From Paragordius varius (Eukaryota > Animalia > Nematomorpha), in assembly GCA_964247055.1 (NCBI GenBank), contig OZ176052.1, positions 11,780,001-11,844,000 on the forward strand: 64,000 nucleotides of DNA. The letters run 5' to 3'. The notes under the pieces are model-generated. The model was given only the letters and a program-made list of their open reading frames with translations, was not told the DNA's origin and made no database searches. Shown one piece after another: positions 13,201 to 27,790 of the stretch. Both the position numbers and the translations under genes were made by a program. Positions within the stretch are counted from its first letter, which is position 1. Each line of letters opens with the position of its first letter.

Positions 13201-14330
13201 ACATAGAACTTTAAATCTATCGTTGTACTCTGACAAAAGTATTTTTAATAATGATTATGTAATGAATAGGTTCATCTACTAAATAATATTACGACTCATT
13301 CAAAAATTTTGGTATCATTCTTATTGATAATACCATTTTGTTAATATACCATTTAATATTGTAATGCTATCTTTTAGGTTTGGTGGGTTTTTAATAAAGC
13401 ATATAAATCGTATTTTACTTTTTGTTAGTATGTTTAAATTCCAAATAAAATTTATTTTTAGACCAATGCTCTTATTGTTGCCAGACTATCCATTTGCCAG
13501 TATCAATTTTCTTATGATATCTGGATTGAGGTAATAATATTAAATGTTTATACGCCTTTCATAATAAATTTACGTTTTATTGAATTAATATATATATTTA
13601 TCATTTCTATGTATTATATAGCATGTATCCTCTGTTTGTCAAGGATGGTTTAGTTATCCCATATTACGCAACATTTGTAATGTACTTTTTGTTATTTTGT
13701 CAAGAACTCATAATCAATCCGATATGTTCAACTTTCAAAATACCGACCAAAATAAATATGGTTTGTTAATTTATTTTTATAAACCTTATATGCCAGTTTG
13801 TTCTTTTACACTATATCAGAACCGGTTATATGGAACCGGAATCATTATCTTTTTACGTATTAATATTTTTGAGATTTTTAGATGATAGTCACAAACATAT
13901 AAATATAATTTTAAAATGCAATATATTACATGTGGAATGCAAAGCCAAAATTTTAGACAATTTTATATCATACTTGTACGAAGTAATATTTTTAATGCCT
14001 TAAAAAATTTGTACATAAAATAATTACATTATATCGTATTTTATATAGTATCGCATCTCTATGATAGCTTCATTAGTGTTAAGCGTTTCATTCCATTGGA
14101 TTAAGATTGGGGATCGTTACCATTTGCCAGACCTCATGACACTCCTTATATGTCAATTCTGTTTTATTCACTTTTTCTTTTACTTACTTTACTTCAATAC
14201 GCAAACACTATTTATGAACAACACTCTCAATGGAAAATTTGGAAGATGTTTAAGCCCTGTGAAACAAAGTAAATTAAATACGGAAATTATAAACAATCCA
14301 ACCGTGGCACAAATAAAAAAAGTTTTTTAG
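10292..14330 (+). CDS. ALG6: Dolichyl pyrophosphate Man9GlcNAc2 alpha-1,3-glucosyltransferase, 509 aa, 14 coding exons: 10292-10361, 10384-10468, 10495-10584, 10606-10694, 10719-10795, 10820-10884, 11264-11449, 11926-12061, 12165-12250, 12388-12472, 12568-12638, 13462-13530, 13622-13760, 14049-14330
   Basis: Manual GT-AG splicing gives one 1530 nt frame. It contains the ALG6/ALG8 family motifs [80 protein letters not shown] and [16 protein letters not shown]. The N-terminus and NYKQM motif are ALG6-type. Confidence 0.96.
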
Positions 14331-14662
14331 ATGCCCCAAGGGGAATTGTTATACAAAAAATTTTTGATTAAAAAATATAATGGGATTTATTGCAGTGAAA
14401 AAAAATTTGGTGATTAATTTATTTATGTTAGCCATAATATATTAGTGCGCATGATGCAAAAAAATGAATTATATTATTCAGTGATCTCAATAATCATATC
14501 AAAATAATAAATTAATATATATGATTAATGTTTTGGTGTTAAAAATATGTTAATTTATAGCAATGAATAAATATTGTCCTATGTTAGCTATACAAATGCT
14601 AGATGTAAAATAAATGCACTACTATATTAACACAGATGAGATTTATATCAAGGGAGCTCTTT

Positions 14663-17640
14663 TCATTTTTCGCCAATTTTCATTTTCATTTTTTCCAACA
14701 TTTCTTGCATTTGTTTCAGCTAAAAAATATTTTTTTTCAAGAAAATTATTGAAAGTATTAGTGTAGTAAAGTTAATAAATTTTTCTATCCACTTAGCTCT
14801 GTGCACCATTAATAATATCTTCATTGCATTATAAAACCATAAAAATTATTAAATACGTATACCTCTGCTTCTTTTTGCCTTAGAATACGGTCTTTTTCAT
14901 CCTCATCATCGGGGGTTTCTTTTGGTTTATCCCTAAACAAAAATGGGAAATATTGCGTATCTTATGTAACCTTTCATAATCTAAAAACTGGTTTCTCTGA
15001 CTTTTAAAAATTTGTATACTAATTACCATTCAATAAAATAAATAAATAATGATTTTCATTGTCTATTAGTGTCAAATTAAGCTCTATTCAATTTTTATAC
15101 AATGAAAACAATAATACCCTTTTCCTTGTTTAAGTTTAAGAGACCGGAAATTTTCGTAATGTAAATCATGAGTAACTTCTTGCAGATCTTGCATATGAGT
15201 ACTACATAAGCCAATAAATAAAATTTTACATTACCAAAAACACAAATTAAATTATAAACTAATTCTTTAAGTCAATACGATATAAATTGGTTTTAAACCA
15301 TAACAAAAAATAATTACTAACATTAGCATATTCCTTAATTTAAGGAAATCGCAATGGGAAACGTTCTCGACTTCAACCGTACCCCAAGGGTAAATGCGAC
15401 CCCTGGAATTCTTTTTATTTCCTTTGTTATCAATTAGCTCCATAGATCCACAAACAGCAAACGGTATCGAATTCTAAATTTTTATCATAATTATATATAT
15501 ATTTTTTTAAAAAGAATATATTTGATAAGATATAATACTAATTTGACTTAAATATCAATTATTAATTAGTAACATAAGTTTATGATATTTATAAGTAAAA
15601 ATTAATGCAAAATCACTAAATAAATTTAAAAGTGTTATTTATTAAAAACAATGCTCCAAAAGATATGTAGCAAATATTTATGTATGTTTTATTGAAATTT
15701 AATTTACCTTTAAACTGCGAACTTGTTGTTTAAAATCTTCATCTTCGTCACTTTCACAGTCTGGCATTTGATAAATATGAATATTATTCTCTGCGATTTC
15801 GCGCAAAACCTAAAATAATTAAATAAAATTAAAATATCAATAAAATTATTATGGTAAAAGATTTTTTTCCGTTTTACTATGCACATCTTGGCAAAAATTA
15901 AAATCTGTTTAAGGTTTATATTATTACATTTATCCATCATTTTTAATAATAGATTATATTATTAAAAAATAATAATTTAGGTAATCAACTCGCATCATGA
16001 TAAAGATATTAATAAAATTTTATTTTTTTTAAAAAAATTGGAATTGCATTACTTTCAACTAATTTATAAATATATATATACACTAAATTATTTGGAATTA
16101 AACAGTTAAGATTGCCCGTTCCATTCACTATATAGAAAAAAGGTAGGAATATTATATTTATGTATTTTACTAAATACCAAAGCATTTACATAATTATATA
16201 ATAACTTTTACGTGTAAATTTTGTCCAACAAAGTCTGCTATTTTACGTTACTTTGTTTTTAATTATATGGACTTAGATTAAATTTTGTTAAATGTGTAAA
16301 CCTTTTAAAACCCATATTTTTAAGTTAAAAGAATACTTTGTTTAATTATTTAAAAAACAATAATAAAATAGCATAATGGGTATTAGAATATATTTTGCAT
16401 TATTTTTCAAAAAAGGGGAAATTACCAACAACTATTTTCTTTCTACTCTTTTAAGATTAAAATCAGATAATTTTATCATAATTACTAACAGCCGCATGTG
16501 GTCTGCATTGAAAGGCGAATATTGCATAAATTTTATTAAAATTACAGCATAGTGTCAAACTAAGATATATTATATATATAAACTTAATTTAAATATTGAT
16601 CCTAATATCAATACACAAATAAAAAGATTAGATACTGATTAATATCGTGAAACATAAAAACTAAGGTTAATTATCTCAGAATAAACAACCAAATTAAATA
16701 TAATTTATATAAAATAATTTTTTACAGCAAAGCTTAGCATGATAGATTAATTACGGCGGAAAGGTTTAATTTAATTAACTAACTAACATTACAGATTTTC
16801 ACAAATAATGCATAAACTTTAAAATAAATTAAAATGAAGTAATAAAATGCAATAAATGACAAACCCTTTCTTTCAATGTTTTACATTCTTTTACAGTCAA
16901 TGTATCAGCTTTCGCAATCACAGGAACAATATTGACTTTATTGTGCAATTGTTTCATAAATTCAACGTCTAATGGTTTCAATCTTAAAATAATCAAATTT
17001 TGTTGTACTTTAGAATATAAATTTTGGTTTCAAAAAACTGAAAAACTTCAAAAAATTGTACCCATGTCCAATAGGATTTATGAAATAAAAACAGCAATGA
17101 ACTCGCGTGTCTACAATATGACGTCGGTTTAGGCCACTTTCATCGCACAAATAATGTTCAAACTGATCATTAATGTAATTTAGGATAGGTTCATAACTAA
17201 ATTTAACATTAAAAAATTAAAAACCAATTAGAATTATCAATTGCATCCCCGTATCCAGGTGTATCGACCACAGTTAAACGCAATTTTACACCTCGTTCTT
17301 CAATCTCGACGGAAGATGCCTCAATTTTTAACGTTTGATTAAGCTGATCTGAAAAGATATAAAGTTAAAATTACCTTCAGCATTAGGTAAAACCCTATCA
17401 GGGTATAGATCAGTTAAAAACAGACTATTAATCAATGTACTTTTTCCTAAGCCAGATTCACCTAAAATTATTATAAATTTATTCTGTACCTACAACCATA
17501 AGTGTAAATTCAAATCCCTTTTTAACTGACTTTCTATGAACTTGGTTAGGAAGATTGGCAAATCCAACATAATTAGCGCCGTCAAGAGGGCTCTAAACAA
17601 TAAATAATGACACAAAAACTTTTATATCGGTTAAAGACAT
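14663..17640 (-). CDS. SEPT2: Septin, SEPT2 group (SEPT1/2/4/5-like), 350 aa, 11 coding exons: 17640-17620, 17592-17490, 17461-17375, 17348-17225, 17196-17062, 16982-16865, 15809-15708, 15473-15322, 15201-15118, 14932-14863, 14719-14663
   Basis: Manual splicing gives a 1053 nt frame: [42 protein letters not shown] (G1), VVDTPGYGD (G3), IAKADTLT (G4), [35 protein letters not shown] and a C-terminal coiled coil. The symbol denotes the subgroup, not proven 1:1 orthology. Confidence 0.95.
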
Positions 17641-20369
17641 TGGCTTGCTGGAGCTAACTGTTAAAAATTAACGTATGTAATTTACAGTAAAACGTACCAA
17701 GAAAGAGAAAAGATTATAAAAAACAACAAACGCTGTAAGAAAAATTATTTTTACTGTGCTTATTTAAGGAATTATTATATATCTCTCCGTTATTTATTTT
17801 AATAATTACCATAGGTTAAGTACTAAATTTATACTGACTTTTATTCCAAAAATTGAATTTTCGGATTTGTGTACACATTTATTATTTATTTGAAAATTAA
17901 ATATTATTAAGTTCTGTTTCACACCATTGTTTTAAATTAGAAAAAAATTATTGATATAGAGCTAATCACACTTTTATATCCCACCAATTTTTGAATTTTT
18001 TTTTCCAAATCAATTGACCCCATAACAAATTTTGATATTAAAAAACTGAAAAGAGCGGTGCCAATTCAAATATATGCCTACCTTAACACTTCGATACGAA
18101 ATGGAAGGTAATATTTAAATTGGTATTAATTAAGGCTGACCAGTTTATAAATACACTGAGTCCAAAATCGGGAGGTATATTAAACAACCTGTTATATATA
18201 TCTTCTGAATGATAATTCAGATCATGGTGCTTTTTGTTTTGGCGCTTACGAATGATAAACGAAAGTTTTAGAGATCTTTTTGTAGTAAGTGCCCTTATCA
18301 GAAAAAGCAAAATTTGCGCACATTTTTTTAAAAAAATTGTTTTGGTGCTTCATTCTAAAAATTACTAAAATATATCATAAAATCCCAATAAAGAGCAAAT
18401 CAATATTTTTAAAATATTACAATTTTTAGATGTGTGCTTCGAATGTCCAATATTTTTAACTCTTCGATAGGGTATTTCTTTAAAATGAGTGCAAAATGCC
18501 GTAGATATTATAAAAACACTTTTTCATTCTATGATGAGCTAAATATTTCAGTCGCTTCAAAATTTTAATTTGAAAGCTGGTTTACCTTTGAATTTTGGTT
18601 ATTGATAACAAAATACAATTTATATTTGACATAAATTTAAGTATTACGAATTTTATTAAAAATATTAAATGGTTTAAATACATTCCATATTTTGAAATAT
18701 TTAATTTTAAAAATTCATCATGATATCTATTCCTATGGACTGTAGAGCTGGTTTGTATTCACGTGTTTGTAAAAATAAAATAAATTAGCAGAAATATATT
18801 TTAGCTTTGATAGTTTATCAAACTTTTCGACGGCATTTATGTTTTACAACTATCTATCAAATATCGTCTTTTATAACTAAAATTTAATACTATACTAAAA
18901 TCACCTTATTATATATAAATAACGATAAATTTCGCATTTTTAAAATATTAACTAACGTGATGTTGCCTAAATTTTTCCTTCGGGTTTATTCATAAAATGT
19001 AATCGTTTAAAATTTTTCTATGCACCAATATTTTGTGTAACTTAGTGTAAATCGAGGAATATGTAAAATAATTTAACGATATATATATATATATATATAT
19101 ATATATTCTGATAGATAAACGCAACAGGTCAATGGTCCTTTTGGTTTTGGGCCTTAAATTCAAGAAGTTATTATCACTTTTCTCGATCCATATCGAAATA
19201 TCACGAAACGCACTTTATGCTGATTAATATTTTTTGGTATAAATGTTTCATTCCGAAAAATATTTTAAAATATATCATATGCTATAATCAAAATGCTATA
19301 CAATCTATAAATTTATAAAAATGGAAAATGCTGCTATTTTTGTTAAACTTTAATTAGGTGTGCAGACCCTCAAATCGGCTGATCTTATAAATGCCGAGAT
19401 ACACAAGTTATTATGTAAAAAAGAATACTTTGCTTAATAAATTCTTTTAGCAAGATTTTTTGCGTATTTTATGGTGAAACATGATATAAACCATGCTGTA
19501 TACTCGCTCTTCTGATATATTTTAATCGGCGCACCAAAAATTTGGAAAACCAATTAAATATATATAATTTCATAATTTGCAAAAATGCTATTCATCACTC
19601 TTGATAATTTTGATATTTATTAAACAATTGCTCCATTAACAATAAATTTTAACTTAAAAAGATCATTGCTCTAAGCACTATATATCAAATATCTTTTTAT
19701 TGATCATTGTAAAAATTTTGATAATCAATTATCAAAAATTGGTAAAATAAGTTTTTATATTGTGTTCGTATATTTTTTACAGTTTTTATGTCGTAATCTA
19801 TAATGTATTTATTAATTTGGTCAGCCACGCGAAGCCATTTGTGTGGGCCACCACTGGTGTAAACGATATTAAATAAACTTGTTGATAATATTAAAATAAT
19901 CTTTCCGATACAAATTCTGATTTACTTATCTTTAACCTCAAATTTTGAATATTTTGTATTTATTTATAAAGGCGCCTATCAAAATATGCGCTTTTATTAG
20001 CTCCTGTCATCCCTAAAATTGGCAAAATTTAAATGAAAATCGTGCCTATAAGTTATCTTTTAGGAAACATATAGGTTCATTTGAAACAATTTTTTTGTCA
20101 TATTTTTAAATTAGCTCGTGTGTTCAGTTCCTTTAGACTGTTTCGCATTATAATAAAGTGTTTACGAAATCAATCAAAAAATAATAGAAAAAGTATACCT
20201 CTTGAAAGATAATGCCTAAAAATCTTATTAATTTCAACACATTCTTATTCTCAACAAATTAAAATCTTTTGGGTGTGTCTTATTTCCATTACCTAATATA
20301 TATATATATATATATATATATAATCATATGAAGCAATTTTACAGAGAGCCCAAAGGCGAATTCGGTATA

Positions 20370-20622
20370 TACTATTTACAATTCAAATTTACCCTTGAAT
20401 TTGAATTCACCCTAAAAATAATTTATTATTTTCAAAAAATGAAATTTTGTGTAAAATTAATATTATACTTAAACTATGCTATAAAGATATATTACATATG
20501 AATGATATAGCCCGAAATAAAAAATATAGGTAATTTTTAATTTTAAAAATTGCAAAATACATTTTTAGGATGAATTTGAATTGTTCAACGGTGAATTAAG
20601 GGTGAATTTGAAGTGTAAATGG

Positions 20623-20624
<2 letters not shown>
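20370..20624. mobile_element. ~255 bp MITE with 27 bp TIRs
   Basis: Left TACTATTTACAATTCAAATTTACCCTT versus reverse complement of the right end TACCATTTACACTTCAAATTCACCCTT (3 mismatches). Both ends are in TA context, and the right end runs into a (TA)n. Confidence 0.75.
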
Positions 20625-20654
<30 letters not shown>

Positions 20655-23600
20655 GGATTATTTCTTTCAAAAATGAGCATATCATACTGAGCTCGAATCG
20701 ACTCCTATTTTCGGTAAAATTAGTGTTTTTCGCAAAAAATCATTATCTTTAAATAGTTTTCTAGCCATAAGAAGACAATTATGGCCATTTATTTTATATG
20801 TTCGCCTTTCATAGTCGTACCACATTTTGAAAAACAGAGTTAGCAACATAAAAGAATAAGGGTCATGAAATGAGCCTAAAGAAATTTCTGGGTATTCATT
20901 TTAAAAGCTAAGAAGAGATTTTAAGCCACCATTTTTGAGAGTCAAAAATTTCAAAACTCATAATTCAAGCAAGATGTAAATTTGGATCAATAAAGTTTAG
21001 TTTAAACTGCACATTCACTTGATCAATTTTGAGTCGGCTCAATATCTCCTTTATATGGCCCAAGTCTCTCTGTAAGGACTCTACATATATTTATCATAAA
21101 TTGGAAGGACCATATTTATAAAATGGTCAAACAGGGTTTTAACCAAATTTATTTAATTGAAATCGAGTTCCATATCTTTCGAAAGATTAACACCGTAGGG
21201 TTAAAACGCCTTATTTTTTGCTTAAATAAATACTATTTGGGTTTAATTGGCATTTATAAAACAAACCTTTATTTTGTTATCAATATTATGCCCAATGCTC
21301 TGGAACATATTTGTTATAAAATTCATAGAATATGTAAGAAAATTCATAACATATTCTAGTATTAATATGCACACTCACATACTTTAATATGATGATAAAT
21401 TGATTTTTAACCAGATAAAATATTTATTTATTTATGTTGCGCAATGTTTTGTTTCATAAAAAAATTATGTAATAAGATTACATATGTCCCGTTTGATTTA
21501 TTTATTTATATAATATTGATAATATTCTAAGATATACACTCATAGATTTTTACATTGTTGTATTTGTGCAACATAGTTGCATGATTAAAAATAATAAGAA
21601 AATATACCATAAAAATTTACAATTGGCTTCTTAAATGTCCAGTTTAACACAATGAAATAATAATTAATGTAATATTATCACATTATACAATAATTATTGA
21701 TATTATCTAATAATAACAAAACAGCAAAATCAACCAAATGTTTTTTATCAAAAGAAAGTAAAACCAGAATAAATAATCAAGGAGTGCTGAAAAGATCAAA
21801 TTACTTCACAATATATGATTCGGTACACAACAAACACACCTTTAATCAGTATTATCTTTATTATATGATTTAGAAATTCTGTTACAAAAATAAATCACTT
21901 TGTATATGGTGACTTCCACCACTTTTAATAAAAATAACAATCAAACGATAAAATTAGCATACACACAATGGATACAGACAGGTAGTAAAAATTAACAACT
22001 GTCGCAAAAACATGTTTTCAAGACGGCATTTGTCTCCAAGCAACATAATATAATATATCTCCTATTTTCTATCCTAAAGCAATAGCCTTGCCATATTACA
22101 TAATTTTGATTTTACATGAATTCTCTGTTTCTTACTTAGTTTTTACAAGTCATTTCTTTCACAAAATCTTGCAAAACTGTTATATCTTTCCATGAAAAAA
22201 TTCTTATTATGTAAATTTATTTTACCATTTTTTGGACACCTATTAAAATCAATTTACAATTGAAACTTTTTTGATTCAGCTACGATTCTAGCGTATGCAA
22301 ATTTTTTAGACCTAGCCATATATCTTTATAAAGATTTTTATGATTTCATTCAAGTAGTTTGCTTTTTACGCGAAATTAAAATATCAAAAAAAAAACCGCA
22401 GTCACCGTTTAATTATCCATTTTTATGCAAATTATCATTTGACAAAGCAGACGATTCTTTTCTATCATCTCTTATTCTCGTATTATTATTATTGATTGGA
22501 GAACTCGTCCATTAATCGAGGTAAATGACTTATTTTAAAACAATGAATTTAAAGATTTTTTTCTAAATATTGCCCAATGACAATGTATTTTAATTTTAAT
22601 ACAATGTAACGCCATTTCCCATTTTATTTTATGTGATGTTGGGATTTTAATTCCCTCAAGTCTCATCATTTTACAATCACAATATTTGATGTCAACATCA
22701 AAATTATGAAATTTTTGGAGAGATAAAGAATTTTAACATAATTATGTATCTCTATTGTAGATCACATAAAGATTATTTATCCTGTTTTTTTGGGTTTATG
22801 TTGCGACAAATATTTTTTATAGTTTCTAAAGTTTATAACAAGTATCCACATTACTCTTATTATATATGATAAAATTTGTAATATTTTATTTAACACATTT
22901 AATCCATCAAAGAGTTGCGATGTTTAAGTTTTTAATATTAATGTGGTCATTAACCGTTTTATTACATATGTAATTCAGCCAAAAAAGTTCGTTACCCACC
23001 CAATATATAAATTAACGTATATCAATCAAACTAACACGTAGTTTAATTAAATTAAATATTGGTGGTGCTCAAAAACAACACTTTTGCCAAGAATATTTAC
23101 ATAATATTATACAAGTGACAAATTATTATATATGTAATTTATTTTTTGAATATACAAGTAGATTGTTCCTTCTTCTTTAAAACTTAAATCTTTAGAATAC
23201 AAGAGATTCTGAAACACGACAATGATTAGTTTTTTTACTTAGAAAAAACATATATGTGTGTGAATTAGTATGCATAAATTTTGTAATTTTAAAATATGAC
23301 CAATCAATTGAAAACTATTATTTGTACAAAAAATAAAAAAAACATAATTTTAGATAAGTACGTTTTACATAATGAAAAAGGTTGATTAAATTTTACTTTT
23401 AATTATCTAAAATTCAACAATTCTCCAATTTCACAGTATATACTATCATAATAAAATAAACATATCAAAAATATGGGAAAAAAGTTTAATTACTACCATT
23501 TGTGCTTTTTTTGTCATACACTACTGTATTAAATTTCTCGTTATGTAATGTGGAAAAAGGTCATAACTATTTTGTTGAAGACCTAACATAAGTTTTAATT

Positions 23601-26059
23601 TACTGAATTGTCAAGAGTTTATAGTTGTGTTTTAATATCTTTTGCAACTTATCTCCTATATTTTTAATATGTAAAGATTTTTTGGCTTTTAAACCGTTTA
23701 AATGTCAGCAAAATACTTACGGATTACGAGAATTAAAATTCTACTTAACGATTCTTCTTTACTAAAGTTCCCATGACTAACAAGTATTAATGTAAAATGT
23801 ACTATGTTTTACAATGTTGCAAATACATCTAAATACTTAATCAGTGATGACTACTCTTAAAATATTATTGTCTTTTTATAAAAACATGGAGATCTATAAA
23901 TAAGGGATTCATGGTTTTTATTGTTACTCATTAACTATATAAGTAATGTGCTGAGTTTAAAGCCATTCCCATAGTCTCCACACAAAATTCTATTAATAAT
24001 AATATTTCCCATCATTCTTTAACATTAAAAAAACGACGTAAAAGTAAAAAATAAAGACTTCTTCTTGATATTCAATATTTAGTATGGAATTTAGCAATTT
24101 TTTATACTATGCGCCATAAAATATAAATGAATATGTATACTTATATAATAATGTATTCATTCCTGTCCACATATAACCAACCAAAACGCATATATTATAT
24201 AATAATTATGTTGTAACTGTTTAAAAATATGTATGATGTTTTAATGTTTCTGAGTTATACAAAGTTACATATATATGGATATCTATCAATACATCAATAC
24301 TACCTTTTATTACTTACGTATAATTAGCATTATTACATATCCCATATTGAATAAAACAAATTGTACGTATACACAAAATTATTTAGCATTTAAATTCCGA
24401 CTTCCGTTAATTTTCTTACAAATAAATATTTTACCACATAAATTAGTTATATGTTACTTAACCTTAAAACAATGCGATTCTAGGATTAGTATTTTATTGC
24501 ATCAATAATCTCTCTCATTCCCTAAAATATAAAACCACACACACACACACACCAATTGTTTTTAATCAATAAACAAAGTAAAAGTATTTTCTCGATTGTG
24601 CTCTATCCTCATTAACATGTAAATAGTTTTTTTTGGTTTATATTATATAAGGAAAAATCATTGATTACAACTTTTTTTCCCTATATATATCACCAACGTA
24701 AGATCAAAGAAATTGTGTTACAATGAAAAAGCCAAAGTGTTTTGTGACCAAAAAACGTCTTTAATATTAATAAATGCCAACAGGTTCCTTTTCAAAAATC
24801 TTATCTTGTACATTTATTCTTTTATTTATTTTATTGTTTGGTAATATCCATTGAGGTGTATAACTTTTACACACGTTTGATTAATAAATATAAGATTGGT
24901 TTTTTGTTGCATTTTTTTAAAGAAAGAGCATATCATCTCATACTACTCAATGCAATGCACATCGAATCCCCTCTTCTTATACATAACATTACTTAGGCAC
25001 TACTTAAATTTTTAACTGTAAAAAACGAAAAAAATAAATTTTTTATTTATATAAATTGGAAAACAATAACCTCCTCTTTACTACATGTTAAACAAGAACA
25101 ATAATAATGGTTTTTTTTTCTAGAAGAATCATAAAAATCATGCGTATTAATTTATCAATCAAATCTATGATGTAATAGTATCGAAAACTTTTTTCCAATT
25201 CAAAATGGATAAAATAATAGAATATCCTATATTATATATTTGTTCATGAACGGGAAAGTTCATACTGTTTAAATTTTTCATAAAGTTAGATTTTCTGTTT
25301 ATAATCAAAAAGGCATATGATAAAAGGCAATAAATTTTTTTAGTATCTGTAATAAAATTTAATATTGATATCAAATGCAAATAGTAATTGAGCTCTTTCG
25401 CTCAAACCTGATTTAAATTCTGCCCTTTGTAATATTTCCTTTCAATGTATAATTGGATTTGGTTAATTTGGATTATTTTGACAAATATAGACCAAATTAA
25501 GGTTTCGTTGAAATTTTTTATATTAACCTAACATTCTTAAGTTTGGGTAAAATTTAAATGATTTGAACGACATCATTTAAAAGAAACGTAACTTTACAAT
25601 GTTTAACATTTTTCATTAAACTATTAGTTAATTTATATTTTTATTAACTGGTATCAAACGAATTAAACTGGATATAATAAATTACGATTTGGATATTACT
25701 CTTAATTTACTACTCTCAGGAACGAATTTAATTTATTTTTTATTAGGCTTAATATTTAATTATTTTTTGATACAGTTCTCAAATCCTACAAACAGAATAC
25801 TAAAGAACGTTAGTTTTACCAAAAAAATAAAATTTAATATGTATACTGTAAAACAATTATGGTTACAGATTGTAATTTAAACAATTAAATTAATTCTTTT
25901 ATATTTTTAACTTTTATCCTACCTATAATGGCACTTTTTTTGATTATATTTTAATCATTTATTTTTATCAAAAGGGTGTTCTAATTTCCACTTAGACATA
26001 AACTTAACCGCAAACTTAAATAAAAAATTTGAGTTCTTGCACACACCACAAATGTTTTA

Positions 26060-26285
26060 CGACAAAAATCCGACGGGCCGCATATGTGAAATATATGAGT
26101 ATAAATAATTTTTTTATTTATAAATAAAACTGAAAAAAAATATTTTTAATATTTTGGGTAGTTCTTTGCCAAAATTTGAAAAGAGGCATCCAGAAAATTA
26201 CTTAAAAAATATCAATTTAACCTAGTATTTTTTAAAATTTGTCACGGCCTGCAGAAATATTTTGGAAGGCCGCCGTGGTTAAAAT
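26060..26285. mobile_element. Fragment resembling a hAT/Charlie-type non-autonomous element
   Basis: cgggccgcat and gtcacggcctgcagaaatattttgga resemble the interior of the 49094-49519 element. No intact TIRs were found. Confidence 0.3.
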
Positions 26286-26444
26286 TTCTACATTCTACCA
26301 TTATCTGTTATTTTTTTAGATAGATATTACATAACAATATCCTACTTTGGGGTGTTGATGAGTTATAAAAAAATAAATATTTGAATCAAATTAAATAGCA
26401 CATGAACTTAGCGTATACAAAAAACTATAGTAATCCAGGATTCC

Positions 26445-26477
<33 letters not shown>

Positions 26478-27759
26478 TGATTGTTGATAAAGGTAAGATA
26501 AGGGAAAGGTGGTTAGTACAGTTAAGTAGACCAACATCCTTTTAAAAAAACCAATTAAAATCAATCAAAACCTAAGATGATATGAAAAATAGGGTATTAA
26601 TATTATAAAATATTTTTGACATAAATGATAGCTCCAAAAATGATTAGCTAATTTATTATTTATTGTTCATATATTGATTATATAATTGGGTACACTCTGT
26701 TATAATTTTAATTATTACATTTCAGGTTAAAATTTCAATCTGACAATGGATATTTTTAGCATTTTTAATTAGAGAAATGTATATTGGCATGTTCTCTCAA
26801 ACTCTATTAAACGGATTATAAAATCTATATAGATTTATTACGATTATATTACATATAGTTATAAAAAGCTTAGTTTTACAATAAAATATCATGTTGAACG
26901 AAATTAATAGCAAAAAGGAGCAGAGAGTAGGAATTTTTTAACAAAGTTTTTTAACCGGATTAACTAAAACCTTTATCTGTTATTTATAGATAGTTTTGTT
27001 AATACTTATATCATAATAATATATACGATAGTATATTACAATAATACCATGTGTTTACAGTACATTCACCAGCCATAATAATGGGTTTTAAGAGTTGAGT
27101 AATATTTAATTTTTTTTATCAAATTTAACTTTTCATTATACAAATTTATCCAAAATGTTAAAATCTATTGTCGCAAAATATAGTGTGTTGTAATTTCTGT
27201 GATAATTTATGGATACCGCTTAAGCTCTCCCCTCAAACACACGATAAATTTCGTTAAATAGTATTATTGTTATTAAATAATGGCATTTATCTTTAATATA
27301 CCGTTATTTATGACATTTTATTTTGAAACGTAATAATTTAACTGGTATTTTATATTTTCGAACAAATTAATTGAAAAATTAGCCATTTATTATTGTAATA
27401 AAGAGTAAAACAAAGGCTTTGCTTAGTTACATTGATAGGATAGAAATTTAATCAAAAACTTCATATTGATTTTAGTATCTTGTCATAACTGTACTAATGT
27501 CACAACACAACTATAACTAAAAAACAAATAAATAACTGAGTTAATTGAAAAGGTTTGTATAAATAGAATAAAAGGCTGACCATCCTATTGTAAGCTGTAA
27601 AAAAGGAAAAATGAGCTTTTATTTTCTAAAGCCCTGGCTTACACTCATAAATTTATAGTGCAACTAAATTCTTGCCACCTCTTTATCCTACTAATTTATA
27701 CTCTTGTCTGAAATAAATAAATTTTACACATGAGAACCGCTTTCAAAGATACTTATTGC

Positions 27760-27790
<31 letters not shown>

